This document shows positions 1 to 9,476 of a stretch of 64,000 nucleotides of DNA, one piece after another (position 1 is the first letter of the stretch; the number at the start of each line of letters is the position of its first letter). Under the pieces are notes generated by a model. It had not been told where the DNA came from. It saw nothing but the letters and a program-made list of their open reading frames with translations, and searched no databases. The DNA comes from an uncultured Gammaproteobacteria bacterium (GTDB lineage Bacteria > Patescibacteriota > Patescibacteriia > JAHIZJ01), in contig CAZQLY010000001.1 of assembly GCA_964594455.1 (NCBI GenBank), positions 69,989-133,988 on the forward strand, read 5' to 3'. The position numbers were made by a program, and so were the translations under genes.

Positions 1-406
1 ATATGTTGGCGATGAATATGAGGCTATGGCTGACCCTGAGGTATTTAATGCTTTGAAACAGGCGGCTGATGAATTAAGCTACAAATATTTTATCGGAACC
101 AATCGGACCCATGATTCTTTTTATGAACCGACGGGAAACTTTCTCAGATTAATGGATTTGCCGGCCTACAAAAAAGGTGAGTTAGTCAGCTCTGAGATGG
201 AGTGCTCGGCCGTGTTCACCGTGGCTAAATTACGAGAGGCAAAAGCCGCCACAGTTTTAGCCGTAAATACCACAGAGCCTTTGGAAGAAATAGCGGACAA
301 CCCTGATCTGGTTTATCAGCTGGAAGTTTCATCGGAAGCGGAGCAAGGTGTTGATGCAGCGATTTTGACTGCATTGCGGGCAGTAGAGATATTAAAGAAA
401 AAATAA
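1..406 (+). CDS. PNP/UDP-family nucleoside phosphorylase, C-terminal part (5' end lies outside the window)
   Basis: ORF 26..406 is only the C-terminal half; 'SSEMECSAVF' resembles the EMEx active-site region of DeoD/MTA-nucleosidase-type phosphorylases. The reading frame is open to position 1. Confidence 0.45.
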   Translation, partial: YVGDEYEAMADPEVFNALKQAADELSYKYFIGTNRTHDSFYEPTGNFLRLMDLPAYKKGELVSSEMECSAVFTVAKLREAKAATVLAVNTTEPLEEIADNPDLVYQLEVSSEAEQGVDAAILTALRAVEILKKK

Positions 407-407
407 A

Positions 408-1532
408 ATGGAAATGCAAGATAAAGACAAATTAATACAGGAAAAGTTTGATAACCTAATTCAACCGGAGAATTTAGTCCAGCTTTGGACTGAAGAAAAA
501 AAGAAACGCTATCAACTTCTTTCCATTAGCTCGCTGGTGATAAATGTATTGGGTAGAGATTTGCCTAGGATAGAGGAGTGGTGCTTGGAGCAAGGGTTCG
601 ACGGCATGGAAATAAGGATTCAGGATTTTGTTGGTTTCAAAGAGGGTTTTGATTCTAGCTTATTGGAAAAGTTTAAACCCCAAGGGATTATCACGGTTCA
701 CTTGTCAGATTGGAGCAGCTGGATACCTTTATATAGAAATGATTCAAAAGCATTGCTGAAAACATTTTATAGCTCAGCCAATGTAATTAAGTATTTTGGT
801 GGCGAAAATCCGGATATTATAATTGATCGCCTGGATCGGGAATTGGATATAGCTGGTCGCTTGGGCGTAAAAGCTGCTACCTGGCACGCCAATCAGATAG
901 ATTACGATGATATACTCTTCGGAGAGAAACAGTATTCTGATCAAGAAATTATCGAGATAGTTTCAGAGTTCTCAGAAAAGCTCATTGGCAGGAATTCAGG
1001 TTATTCTCAAATCCTATCTTTGGAAAACGGCAGTGCCATTGATCGCGGTGTCAGAAGATTTAAAGACTTCAAAGAACTTTTTACCAATCCAGCGTTATCT
1101 GAGGTTGGGATAACATTTGACACGGCCCACATGACAGCGGTGTTATCACAAGAAGTTGGGAGCAAGGATAAGCCCATTGATCAGCAGATTTTTGAAGAGT
1201 TGCAAAGCAATCCAGATGCGCTCAAAAAGATTCGGGCCGTACACTTGTCTGATTCCATGACTACTTCCAGTTTTATTAAAGAAGCTAGCCCGGAACAGTT
1301 GAAAAAAGCTAAAGAGGATTTTTGGTACAAAAGAGAATTGGTGCGCGATGTGGTTGTTGATGACCACATCCCTATTGGCTTTGTTTTTCAAGCAGCCAAG
1401 CAAGTTTTAGAATTAGTGAGTTCGAATACCAAAAATAAGTTGTCTGTGGTTTGGGAACTAAGACCAGGTGATTTCGCAAGCCTAAAAAAATCAATAGATA
1501 TTCAAAAAGTAAATATTTTATATGAACAATAA
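408..1532 (+). CDS. hypothetical protein, possibly a xylose-isomerase-like TIM-barrel (sugar phosphate isomerase/epimerase) fold
   Basis: 374-aa ORF with typical low-GC codon use. 'SLENGS' and 'ITFDTAHM' are weakly reminiscent of AP-endonuclease-2/xylose-isomerase-like barrels. Confidence 0.3.
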   Translation: MEMQDKDKLIQEKFDNLIQPENLVQLWTEEKKKRYQLLSISSLVINVLGRDLPRIEEWCLEQGFDGMEIRIQDFVGFKEGFDSSLLEKFKPQGIITVHLSDWSSWIPLYRNDSKALLKTFYSSANVIKYFGGENPDIIIDRLDRELDIAGRLGVKAATWHANQIDYDDILFGEKQYSDQEIIEIVSEFSEKLIGRNSGYSQILSLENGSAIDRGVRRFKDFKELFTNPALSEVGITFDTAHMTAVLSQEVGSKDKPIDQQIFEELQSNPDALKKIRAVHLSDSMTTSSFIKEASPEQLKKAKEDFWYKRELVRDVVVDDHIPIGFVFQAAKQVLELVSSNTKNKLSVVWELRPGDFASLKKSIDIQKVNILYEQ

Positions 1533-2274
1533 AATAATTAAAAAAGAAATTTTGTTTCTTGCGGCAACTCATGGTAATGAAAATTTTGCGATTAGTGTTT
1601 TAAAGAGAATAGATAAACAATCTAACATGATTGATTATGATTGGATTATTGTAAACGAAGAAGCATTAAAACAAAATAAGAGATTCGTTGAATCTGATAT
1701 GAACCGAATAGCCCCCGGAAACATCAAAGATATTAATTATGAAAATAGACGGGTTGCAGAAGTAATAAAGCTCAGTAAAAAATATAAATACACAATTGAT
1801 TTACATGGAACAGTTGCTAATACCGGTATTTTTATTATCATTACTAATCCTACACCTCAGAATATTGTCCTAGCCTTATCATTGCCGATCAAGCGTATTG
1901 TATTCTGGATTTCTGGCGATAAGAATGACCCAGGAGCAATCACTAAATTTGTAGACTGCGGTCTAGAGATTGAATGCGGACCTAAAGATTCGCCAGATAC
2001 AGCTGATAATTTACAATCTACTTTACAAGATATTATAAAAAGCAAATTAGAAATAATCCAGAAATCAATAAATTCAAAAGAATTCTTTCAGGTAACTGGC
2101 AAGCTAAAAAAAGAAGATATCGAGACAGAAGAGGTCGGGGAGTTACGAGAGTTTCAAAAGGTTGACATAAGTGGTGAATCGTTCTATCCTCTCTTGATTG
2201 GTCGATACGATGATCGTGTTTGTACCAAGCTGAAGCGTCTTGATTTCTGGGAACTATTCTCCTATAAATCGTAA
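1522..2274 (+). CDS. succinylglutamate desuccinylase/aspartoacylase (AstE/AspA) family zinc hydrolase
   Basis: N-terminal 'LAATHGNE' matches the HGNE zinc-binding motif of the AstE_AspA family, and 'DLHG' follows downstream. Confidence 0.4.
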   Translation: MNNKIIKKEILFLAATHGNENFAISVLKRIDKQSNMIDYDWIIVNEEALKQNKRFVESDMNRIAPGNIKDINYENRRVAEVIKLSKKYKYTIDLHGTVANTGIFIIITNPTPQNIVLALSLPIKRIVFWISGDKNDPGAITKFVDCGLEIECGPKDSPDTADNLQSTLQDIIKSKLEIIQKSINSKEFFQVTGKLKKEDIETEEVGELREFQKVDISGESFYPLLIGRYDDRVCTKLKRLDFWELFSYKS

Positions 2275-2315
2275 GCCATTAGTTGATATAGGTTCTTTAA
2301 AATAGGAGGCCGAAA

Positions 2316-2870
2316 ATGGTCATTCGCAACCATGCTCCAAGTGAGGCAGAGTCTATTTGTCTGATATTCCAAAGTGCCTTTTCTGGACCGCCATGGAATG
2401 AGAGATTTTCTATGGCCGTTCTTCTAAAGCAATGGGCCGATCATTCACAGAAGCCAGGATTTAGATGCCTAGTTGCTGAGAATGAAGGCGAGTTGATTGG
2501 TGCAACATGGTGGGACACTCCCACTCTGGCACAACTGGAAACTGAGAGGGGCAAGGCTTTAGCGGCAATGAGTGCGGGGATGAACCCTGGAACTATTGTC
2601 TGGCTACGCGAGACTTGTGTTGACAGAAGCTTTCACAGAAGAGGTGTTGCCAGGAGACTCAAACAAGAGTCTTTGCGCGCCATTTCATGTTATCCCAAAC
2701 CCGTTCTTCTGTTGACCAGGATGAGAGACGATAATGCGGGAATTGTCCGGATCAACTCATCCATGGGTCTTAAGAGGACGAATATCACCACTCCTAGTAA
2801 GACATTTCCGGGAGTGGTACACGAGTATTGGTATCGTCTATTAGACGATGATGTCAGTAAAGGGGGTTGA
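2316..2870 (+). CDS. GNAT-family N-acetyltransferase, lying in a GC-rich islet
   Basis: 'HRRGVARRL' matches GNAT motif A (R/Q-x-x-G-x-A/G). AGGAGG ribosome-binding site upstream. Local GC is clearly higher than in flanking genes. Confidence 0.45.
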   Translation: MVIRNHAPSEAESICLIFQSAFSGPPWNERFSMAVLLKQWADHSQKPGFRCLVAENEGELIGATWWDTPTLAQLETERGKALAAMSAGMNPGTIVWLRETCVDRSFHRRGVARRLKQESLRAISCYPKPVLLLTRMRDDNAGIVRINSSMGLKRTNITTPSKTFPGVVHEYWYRLLDDDVSKGG

Positions 2871-3796
2871 AAATGAGGCCATACGTTGTCACGGAGGATG
2901 TGGAGTTCCTGATGCAGTGCTGGGCCCGTGAGATGAACTTTCGTTGTCCTGAGAGTGCTTTTTTCCAAGCGCTCCAGAGTGAACTGTTCGATCATCTGCG
3001 GTCCATATTTCCAGAAGTCGTGAGTATCAGCCATGGAGACATGACTGAACAGCTGAGGCAAGCGATCGCTCGGGCTGAAAGCGGAATTGTTGTTTCGATT
3101 GACCGAGTCTACAATCAGGCGACGCACCGTCTCCAGAGTAATCGGATTGCTGATCTTAACAGCACGAACGTTATCGGTGAGGCGCCGCGTCCCGGTCATC
3201 CTTCACTGCAGGAGCAGATTAGCCTTTTACCGGCCGGCCCCTTAACCTTGGTGGATGACGGTTGCTTCTCTGGGGTAACCCTGAACAAGATTCACGATCT
3301 GCTAGTGACCGATGGGCACAGAGTGTGTTCAGTCATCGTGGGCGTGTTGATCGATCGTTCCAATAATGAGTTCTTGGCCAAACATCCGGACGTGAAGCTG
3401 ATCGCGCTTCAGGAATTTCCTGAGGCGATCGATTGGATCTGCGAGCGCGATTTCTTCATTGGTGTTCCCCTGTCTGGCCGGACCGGTGGGTATCGGGAAG
3501 GAAACGTGGTTACTGCCTGTGATCCTGAGGTAGCTTTGCCATACTGCATACCGTTCGGCGACCCAGTCAGCGGTGCGTCGATTCCGGCAGACCAGGCAAT
3601 CACTTTTTCCAAGAGGGTACTACAGCTCAGCCGACGGCTTTGGGAGGAAGTCGGCCGCGTGTCTGATCGGCCAGTGTTGTGTCGAGACATCCCGCGCCTG
3701 CCGCGTGGTGTATCTCGGGGCGATGAACCGTTTATTGATGCCCTGGACCAGGCTCTGCAGAAGTTGCGGACCAATGGTTCTGAGGCTAGGATGTGA
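2867..3796 (+). CDS. phosphoribosyltransferase-domain protein, lying in a GC-rich islet
   Basis: 'LTLVDDGCFSGVTL' matches the type-I PRTase PRPP-binding motif (hydrophobic x4, DD, xx, S/T-G-x-T). ATGA overlap with the GNAT gene suggests translational coupling. Confidence 0.35.
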   Translation: MKMRPYVVTEDVEFLMQCWAREMNFRCPESAFFQALQSELFDHLRSIFPEVVSISHGDMTEQLRQAIARAESGIVVSIDRVYNQATHRLQSNRIADLNSTNVIGEAPRPGHPSLQEQISLLPAGPLTLVDDGCFSGVTLNKIHDLLVTDGHRVCSVIVGVLIDRSNNEFLAKHPDVKLIALQEFPEAIDWICERDFFIGVPLSGRTGGYREGNVVTACDPEVALPYCIPFGDPVSGASIPADQAITFSKRVLQLSRRLWEEVGRVSDRPVLCRDIPRLPRGVSRGDEPFIDALDQALQKLRTNGSEARM

Positions 3797-3881
3797 GATT
3801 AATTCTTGCATCCTTTTTTTATTTGCTTTTTGGGCTGATAATAGATATAATTATCTTGATTTCATTATTGATATTAAACAC

Positions 3882-4382
3882 ATGAAAAAAACTTTATTTA
3901 TTACGCTGGGGTTGTTGTTAGTGGTCGTAATGGTTGGAGCTAGTTGCGGCCAAAAAGCGGCTGAAGAAAAGATTGAAAATGATATTGAGAGCGCAACCAA
4001 CGGTGACGCCGAAGTAGATTTGGATGATAACAGTGTCAAAGTAAACACCAACGAAGCGACTTTTGAGGCTGGCGAAAGCGTTGATTTGCCAGAAGATTTT
4101 CCATCAGATGTGTTTGTGATTGATGGCACTATCATCGCTGCAGTGACTGTTGAAGAGGGTGATTCCTATTCATTGAACATTCAAACTTCCAAATCAGTCT
4201 CTGACGCCAAAGCTGAATATGAAGAAGAACTAGAAGCTGACGGTTGGGATATAAATGTCTCGATGGATTTAGGCGGCAGTTCTACTATGTCGGCTGAAAA
4301 AGATGATCGGTTGACTACAATCACAATTAGCGAGGTGGATAGTGTCACCACAGTAATTCAGACGACCACTAAGAACGAATAA
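3882..4382 (+). CDS. acidic lipoprotein, hypothetical
   Basis: The true start is the internal Met at 3882: MKKTLFITLGLLLVVVMVGASCGQ is a signal peptide plus lipobox (GASC). The longer ORF beginning at 3573 overlaps the upstream gene and has a different composition. Confidence 0.5.
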   Translation: MKKTLFITLGLLLVVVMVGASCGQKAAEEKIENDIESATNGDAEVDLDDNSVKVNTNEATFEAGESVDLPEDFPSDVFVIDGTIIAAVTVEEGDSYSLNIQTSKSVSDAKAEYEEELEADGWDINVSMDLGGSSTMSAEKDDRLTTITISEVDSVTTVIQTTTKNE

Positions 4383-4390
4383 CATAGTTA

Positions 4391-4852
4391 ATGAGTCAAT
4401 CAGAGGCAACATTGTATCGATCGCGCACCGACCGCATGGTGGGGGGAGTCTGCGGGGGTTTATCCAAATATTATAGCTTGGACCCGATTGTTACCAGACT
4501 GATTTTTGTGGTTCTGGCGTTGGTTGATGGAGTGGGTATACTTTTGTATTTGATTCTACTAGTCATAATCAAGGAAGAACCGGGTGAAAAAGTAGATGTC
4601 GACACAGGTGCAAAAACCAAAGAGTTTATTAATGAAGCTGGTAAAAGATCGCAAGAGGTGGCAAAAAACATAAAAACTAACCAATCTTGGATTGGAGATA
4701 AGCGAAATTTAATAGCCTTGTTGATAATCGTAGTCGGCATAGCCTTGCTATTGAAACAGCTATTTCCAGAAAGACTGGTGCATTGGGAATACGTTTGGCC
4801 CGGCATCTTAATAGTTTTTGGTTTTTATCTAATCACTCGTCATAATAAATAA
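4391..4852 (+). CDS. PspC-domain membrane protein
   Basis: 'LYRSRTDRMVGGVCGGLSKYYSLDPIVTRLIFVVLAL' is the classic PspC N-terminal domain. A C-terminal TM segment follows. Confidence 0.7.
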   Translation: MSQSEATLYRSRTDRMVGGVCGGLSKYYSLDPIVTRLIFVVLALVDGVGILLYLILLVIIKEEPGEKVDVDTGAKTKEFINEAGKRSQEVAKNIKTNQSWIGDKRNLIALLIIVVGIALLLKQLFPERLVHWEYVWPGILIVFGFYLITRHNK

Positions 4853-4857
4853 TCCAC

Positions 4858-5877
4858 ATGGAAGAAGAAAAGAACCAAAGTACAGATAACACAAAAGATA
4901 TCCCCGAGGAACCGGAAGTTGTTGATTCACCGGAAAAGAAAGCAGAGCCCGAGGTTAAAGAAATCCACCATCATCACTACAAAGAAAAATCCGGTATTAG
5001 CTGGGGCCGAGTTTATCTGGGTATAATAATTATTCTCATCGGAGTATTCTATTTAGCCCAATCGATCGGCTGGCTAGAGAATGTGAGTTTTGACATCTGG
5101 CAGTTGTGGCCATTACTGATTGTAATAGTTGGGCTATCTATGTTGACGGGACGGGGTTGGGTTTCGGGTATAATTAGTTTAGTGGTTTTACTGGTGATAT
5201 TAGGAATTGTCGGACTGTTATTTATAACCAATTCGAATGTCGCTACTACGGAAACCCAGCTTAGTTTTGACATACAAGAAGGCGCTGAGTCGGCTGTATT
5301 AAAAATTGCTACCGGAGGAGGTGAGATAAATTTACAAGCTGGCTCAGAAGACATGACTAAATTAATCACGGGTCAGTCTGTGGCCTCATTTTTGGAACTG
5401 ACTCAAGATGATGATTTAGACGGCAGCGTGCAAACAATTTCTTTGACTGGTCAGACTAGGTGGGATGTGTTTGACTGGGGTAAGAATAACGAGCTGAATC
5501 TGGATCTAAATCGTAATTTGCCAATGAACATTGATATTGATAGCGGTGCTGTTAGTATGGACGTTGATTTAACCCAGGTTCAAGCTGAGAAAGTTGATAT
5601 TGATACGGGAGCCTCTTCGGTTGATTTAGCTATTGGCGATTTATCCGAAAACGTTTCGGTTAATATCGATGCTGGAGTTAGTTCAGTGGATATTACTCTA
5701 CCTGAGGGTTTCGCAGCGCGGATGGATGTCGATTCAGGATTAACCTCAAAGAATTTGGAAGGATTTAAAAAGGCGGATGATGATACCTACCAGACAGATA
5801 ATTATGGTGAAGCGGAAAAGAAAATAGAACTGGATCTTAGTTTAGGAGTAAGCAGTTTAAATATAGATTGGAAATAA
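4858..5877 (+). CDS. membrane protein with a C-terminal DUF4097/LiaF-like repeat domain
   Basis: N-terminal TM helices, then repeated 'DID(S/T)GA(V/S)SVD' beta-repeat units. Sits directly downstream of the PspC gene. Confidence 0.4.
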   Translation: MEEEKNQSTDNTKDIPEEPEVVDSPEKKAEPEVKEIHHHHYKEKSGISWGRVYLGIIIILIGVFYLAQSIGWLENVSFDIWQLWPLLIVIVGLSMLTGRGWVSGIISLVVLLVILGIVGLLFITNSNVATTETQLSFDIQEGAESAVLKIATGGGEINLQAGSEDMTKLITGQSVASFLELTQDDDLDGSVQTISLTGQTRWDVFDWGKNNELNLDLNRNLPMNIDIDSGAVSMDVDLTQVQAEKVDIDTGASSVDLAIGDLSENVSVNIDAGVSSVDITLPEGFAARMDVDSGLTSKNLEGFKKADDDTYQTDNYGEAEKKIELDLSLGVSSLNIDWK

Positions 5878-5912
5878 TTTCGTTTGAACAGTCTGCTGAA
5901 AATTAAGCCGAT

Positions 5913-6557
5913 TTGGAGTTGGTTATGATAAAAAACGTAATCTTTGATTGGTCCGGAGTTTTGGATGATAATTTAATGACTCAGTATTGTGCCAGTATGG
6001 AAGTACTTAAGTCATGTGGTGTTAAGCGTATTTCTTTAAAAGAATATCGTGAAGAGTTTGATTTACCTTACATGGTGTTTTATCGAAAATATAGTCCTGG
6101 TATTACCAAGAAGCATCAGGATGAAGTCTTTAAAAAGGCCTTTCCTAAATGCCCAAAATCAAAATTATATCCTGGAATGAAAGCCCTTCTTAAGAGGTGT
6201 GAGAGTTCGGATAAAAAAATATATTTGGTTACATCGGATCATAAAGTGTATCTAGATAATCTTTTAAAGAAATACGGTATCAGCCGAATGTTTGCAGATA
6301 TTAAGTACAGCGTTCACAATAAATATAGCTGTATAAATAATATAATAAAAAAGGAAAAGCTGAATAAAACGCAAACAATATTTATTGGTGATACCCTAAA
6401 TGAGGTTGCTGTCAGTAAAAAACTTAGTATTAAATCAGCTGGCGTGACTTGGGGCATTTGCAGCTATCGTAAACTCAGACAAGCTAAACCGGATTATATT
6501 TTTCAAAACATAAAAAATATGAATAAAGTAATTTTTTCTGAAAATGAGCCCAAATGA
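5913..6557 (+). CDS. HAD-superfamily hydrolase
   Basis: HAD motif I 'IFDWSGVLDD' (DxD) and motif IV 'FIGDTLNE'. Confidence 0.6.
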   Translation: MELVMIKNVIFDWSGVLDDNLMTQYCASMEVLKSCGVKRISLKEYREEFDLPYMVFYRKYSPGITKKHQDEVFKKAFPKCPKSKLYPGMKALLKRCESSDKKIYLVTSDHKVYLDNLLKKYGISRMFADIKYSVHNKYSCINNIIKKEKLNKTQTIFIGDTLNEVAVSKKLSIKSAGVTWGICSYRKLRQAKPDYIFQNIKNMNKVIFSENEPK

Positions 6558-7554
6558 ATATCTAGCCGATCGGCTAAAAAAAAGTGCTCAGACAATAGAC
6601 AGCAAAAAAGTTCTGAAGAATGAAGAATTAAAGGAGTTCATTTTTAAGACCTTAATGTCCAAGAAATTCCGCAAGTGGGGCGTTGGTGATGAATATACCC
6701 AAGAAGTCAAAGACTCTGCTAAATATGTAGTGGAGAAAGACATACCACTTAACACTACTTGGTTTTTTGGCGGTTACAAGCTCTGGAGTCTGCCTAGTAG
6801 TCCCGAAGCAGATTGGGCGGAGTTTTTTGCAATTAGCTATCTGCTCAGATATATTGCTCCGATTGCCCAGGCCCATCAGCCTGGAGTGGCGATGACGTTT
6901 TGGGCGGCCCATCCTTCGATTATGAAACGCCAGAGCAATATTCCTGAAGAAGAGTGCCGAACTTATCATGAGTCATTTAGAAAGTTAATTGCTGAGTTTC
7001 AGCCTCATCTTCCAGCCAATATTAAATTAGAGTTGAGAGGTTTTGATGAGCTTTATCCGGACGAAAAAGAGTATACCGACGAGCTGGAACCTTTAATAAA
7101 AGAGGTGGAAAAAGAATATGAAGCCTGGCCTCAGGACCGAAAGGATAAAAAAAGAGCCACTTCAGTGTTAAATATTCAGTGGAACGGAGCAGAAGATTTG
7201 GAAAAACTCTCAGTATCTGAAAAAGAAGCAAGAATAAAAAACGGTCCAATAGTGCACGATGGATATTGCCGTCTTTCTAAAATCAACCAGGTCATCCGCG
7301 GTTTGGGAAAGATAGATTTAACAGCTACACCTTTACCAAAAAGAAATTCCATTACCGTTGGTACAACTTCCTCATCCGTTGCTAAATTCTGGGCTGGTGT
7401 TGGTGTTTTGGAAAGAAAAGGCGATTCATTCTCAGATCGTATCTTGTCGCCTAAGCAATTTCAGCAAAAAAAAGATGCACAGCATGAGGTTGTACCATCA
7501 AATTTGATCAAACAAAAAAACTTCCAAAAAATCTGGATATTCCCCGAGTCTTAA
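6544..7554 (+). CDS. hypothetical protein
   Basis: 336-aa ORF with good coding composition and no recognised motif. Confidence 0.3.
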   Translation: MSPNEYLADRLKKSAQTIDSKKVLKNEELKEFIFKTLMSKKFRKWGVGDEYTQEVKDSAKYVVEKDIPLNTTWFFGGYKLWSLPSSPEADWAEFFAISYLLRYIAPIAQAHQPGVAMTFWAAHPSIMKRQSNIPEEECRTYHESFRKLIAEFQPHLPANIKLELRGFDELYPDEKEYTDELEPLIKEVEKEYEAWPQDRKDKKRATSVLNIQWNGAEDLEKLSVSEKEARIKNGPIVHDGYCRLSKINQVIRGLGKIDLTATPLPKRNSITVGTTSSSVAKFWAGVGVLERKGDSFSDRILSPKQFQQKKDAQHEVVPSNLIKQKNFQKIWIFPES

Positions 7555-7560
7555 GATAAA

Positions 7561-8847
7561 CTAGTTTTCTCTCAGATAACCCCAAGTGTGAAGCTTATCG
7601 CTGTCTTCATACCAGCGATCACCAATATCTTTGCGGTAGTACATATTGGGTATTAAAACGTTTTCTATTCTATGGTAGACTTGTTGCTGAGCCTGTTTTA
7701 GCGTTGGTCCTGTGCCGACCACAGCTAAGGCTAAACCAGCCGTACCGGTTACAATCCATTGTTCGTTTATTCTTTTAACATCATGTATGTGTACGCCCTC
7801 GATGCTTTTAGGGTTTTTGAAAACAATGGTGGCGCCTTTGGAGTAGGAATCAAAAGTCTTTTTATCTCGGAAGGGGTAGGGCGGAACTACCAGACGAACT
7901 CCAACCTGAAAACCTTTTTTGACTTTCAATTGGGGATCTCGTCCGTTTGCTAAATCATAGAGAAATTTGCCAATCGGTGTAATCATGCCTTCTTGCTGTA
8001 TGCTTATAGTCGGATAGCCAAAGCGGGCTGTAAATTCCAAGGGATATATGCCATTTCCGTTAACAATACAGTTCAGATCCATATAGCCGACGTAATTGTT
8101 GTCAGCCAATGTCGTTTCCAGCTTCTTCAGTGTTTGATTGAAAAGTCGGTTGGGGCTGCTCCAAAACATGCTAGTACCCATTTCACCGGTAGCCGGCCCG
8201 AGGTTGCCTGGAAAAAGCTTCTTATGCTCGAAGTTAATGTTAATCGGATATATAAAACTATGACCATTAAAGAAAGCCCCAACTGCTACTTCAACACCGC
8301 TTACCTTTTTTTGTAATTGGAATACTTTTAGTTGTTTATACCAAACCCGCTTATAGGCTTCGAGTACCCTTATTACATCGCTTCCGTCATCCTCCATACC
8401 TACGAAGAGTAAACGCTTGATGTTCTGAGCCTCACCGCTGGGCTTGATAACGTATTTATTAGGATTAGTTTTGACGTGATTCATGGCCGCGTCAAAATCT
8501 GTGAAGGTGTTGTAGGATAATATAGGAATGCCGTGTTTTTTCAACTCCTCCTGGCCAAACCCTCGATCATCTTCCAGCATATCTGTATATGACGATCCGC
8601 CGATTACGCTTTTTCCCATTTTTCTCAAAGATTCGGCTTTTTTGCCTTGCCCGAGTACATCATCAAATACAACCACATCAGCCCATTTAACAGACTTCTT
8701 CCAATTTTTAACTTTGGGCACAAAACCGTCGGCTATATCTGGCTCGTGTTTATTTTCGACACAATAACGAACCTCATGGCCTTCTTTATGAGTTTGCCAC
8801 GCAATGTCGCTGATCAGCCCGTCGGCTGATACAAAGAGAAATTTCAT
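7561..8847 (-). CDS. ATP-grasp enzyme, phosphoribosylamine--glycine ligase (PurD)-like
   Basis: Probable start 'MKFLFVSADGLISDIAWQ' parallels the PurD N-terminus. 'VIKPSGEAQ' is an ATP-grasp motif. 'FEHKKLFPGNLGPATGEMGTSMF' resembles the PurD 'QDHKR..DGD.GPNTGGMG' motif. Confidence 0.45.
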   Translation of the reverse strand: MKFLFVSADGLISDIAWQTHKEGHEVRYCVENKHEPDIADGFVPKVKNWKKSVKWADVVVFDDVLGQGKKAESLRKMGKSVIGGSSYTDMLEDDRGFGQEELKKHGIPILSYNTFTDFDAAMNHVKTNPNKYVIKPSGEAQNIKRLLFVGMEDDGSDVIRVLEAYKRVWYKQLKVFQLQKKVSGVEVAVGAFFNGHSFIYPININFEHKKLFPGNLGPATGEMGTSMFWSSPNRLFNQTLKKLETTLADNNYVGYMDLNCIVNGNGIYPLEFTARFGYPTISIQQEGMITPIGKFLYDLANGRDPQLKVKKGFQVGVRLVVPPYPFRDKKTFDSYSKGATIVFKNPKSIEGVHIHDVKRINEQWIVTGTAGLALAVVGTGPTLKQAQQQVYHRIENVLIPNMYYRKDIGDRWYEDSDKLHTWGYLREN

Positions 8848-8949
8848 TTTTAGGATATGTGAATAATGATAGTTGTGAGAAAAGTATAGCACTAGTAGAT
8901 GTTTTTAGATAGTGTACGTTGAGCCAGTACGTTTTTTATATAAAAAAAC

Positions 8950-8985
8950 CTCCCCAGAAAAATCAGGGAGGGAGTGGTGATCTTT
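8950..8985 (-). terminator. rho-independent terminator downstream of the RidA-like gene
   Basis: CTCCC....GGGAG hairpin followed by a T-run on the minus strand. Confidence 0.4.
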
Positions 8986-9424
8986 ACTTGCTTGCCAGGG
9001 CAAAGATCTCGACCAGAGCGCCCTTGGGCAGGCCCTTGACCTGGAAGGCGATACGGCAGGTTTCGGGCCGTTCACCCATCAAGCCGGACCAGACGGTGTT
9101 GATGGCAGCGTAGTTGCTCCGCCCCTCTTCGGTGTCATCGACCGGTTCGGTGGTCAGAATCAATGCCAGGGCTGTATCGCTGGTCTCATGGTCGCACTTG
9201 ATCAGGTGGCCGAGCGCGTTGGAAAGAGCTTCGTGGAACTGAGCGGGCAGGTCGCCGGGAGAAGCAATTTTTCCATCCTCGGTCAGATTGGGCAAGGTGC
9301 CTGAAGTGATGGAAAGGCCGTTCAGCTTCAACGCAGCCGAGAAGAGGCCAGCCAGAGGAAAATCACGCAGAGCTTCGGGGACTTGCTTGGACATTGGAAC
9401 CTCCATTGCTTCGTTTCCATACAA
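8984..9424 (-). CDS. ridA: RidA/YjgF/endoribonuclease L-PSP family protein, lying in a GC-rich islet
   Basis: C-terminal 'LPKGALVEIFALA' and overall pattern match the RidA family. Local GC is markedly above the surrounding genome. Confidence 0.65.
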   Translation of the reverse strand: MYGNEAMEVPMSKQVPEALRDFPLAGLFSAALKLNGLSITSGTLPNLTEDGKIASPGDLPAQFHEALSNALGHLIKCDHETSDTALALILTTEPVDDTEEGRSNYAAINTVWSGLMGERPETCRIAFQVKGLPKGALVEIFALASK

Positions 9425-9476
9425 CTATCAAAAAACCACTTTGGAAATCTTATAGCCAGGATGGTTATATGTCAAG

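Noticed and set aside
3573-3881. N-terminal 103 codons of table ORF 3573..4382
   Set aside because: This part overlaps the upstream PRTase-like gene in another frame. A clear lipoprotein signal peptide begins at the internal Met at 3882, which is taken as the true start.
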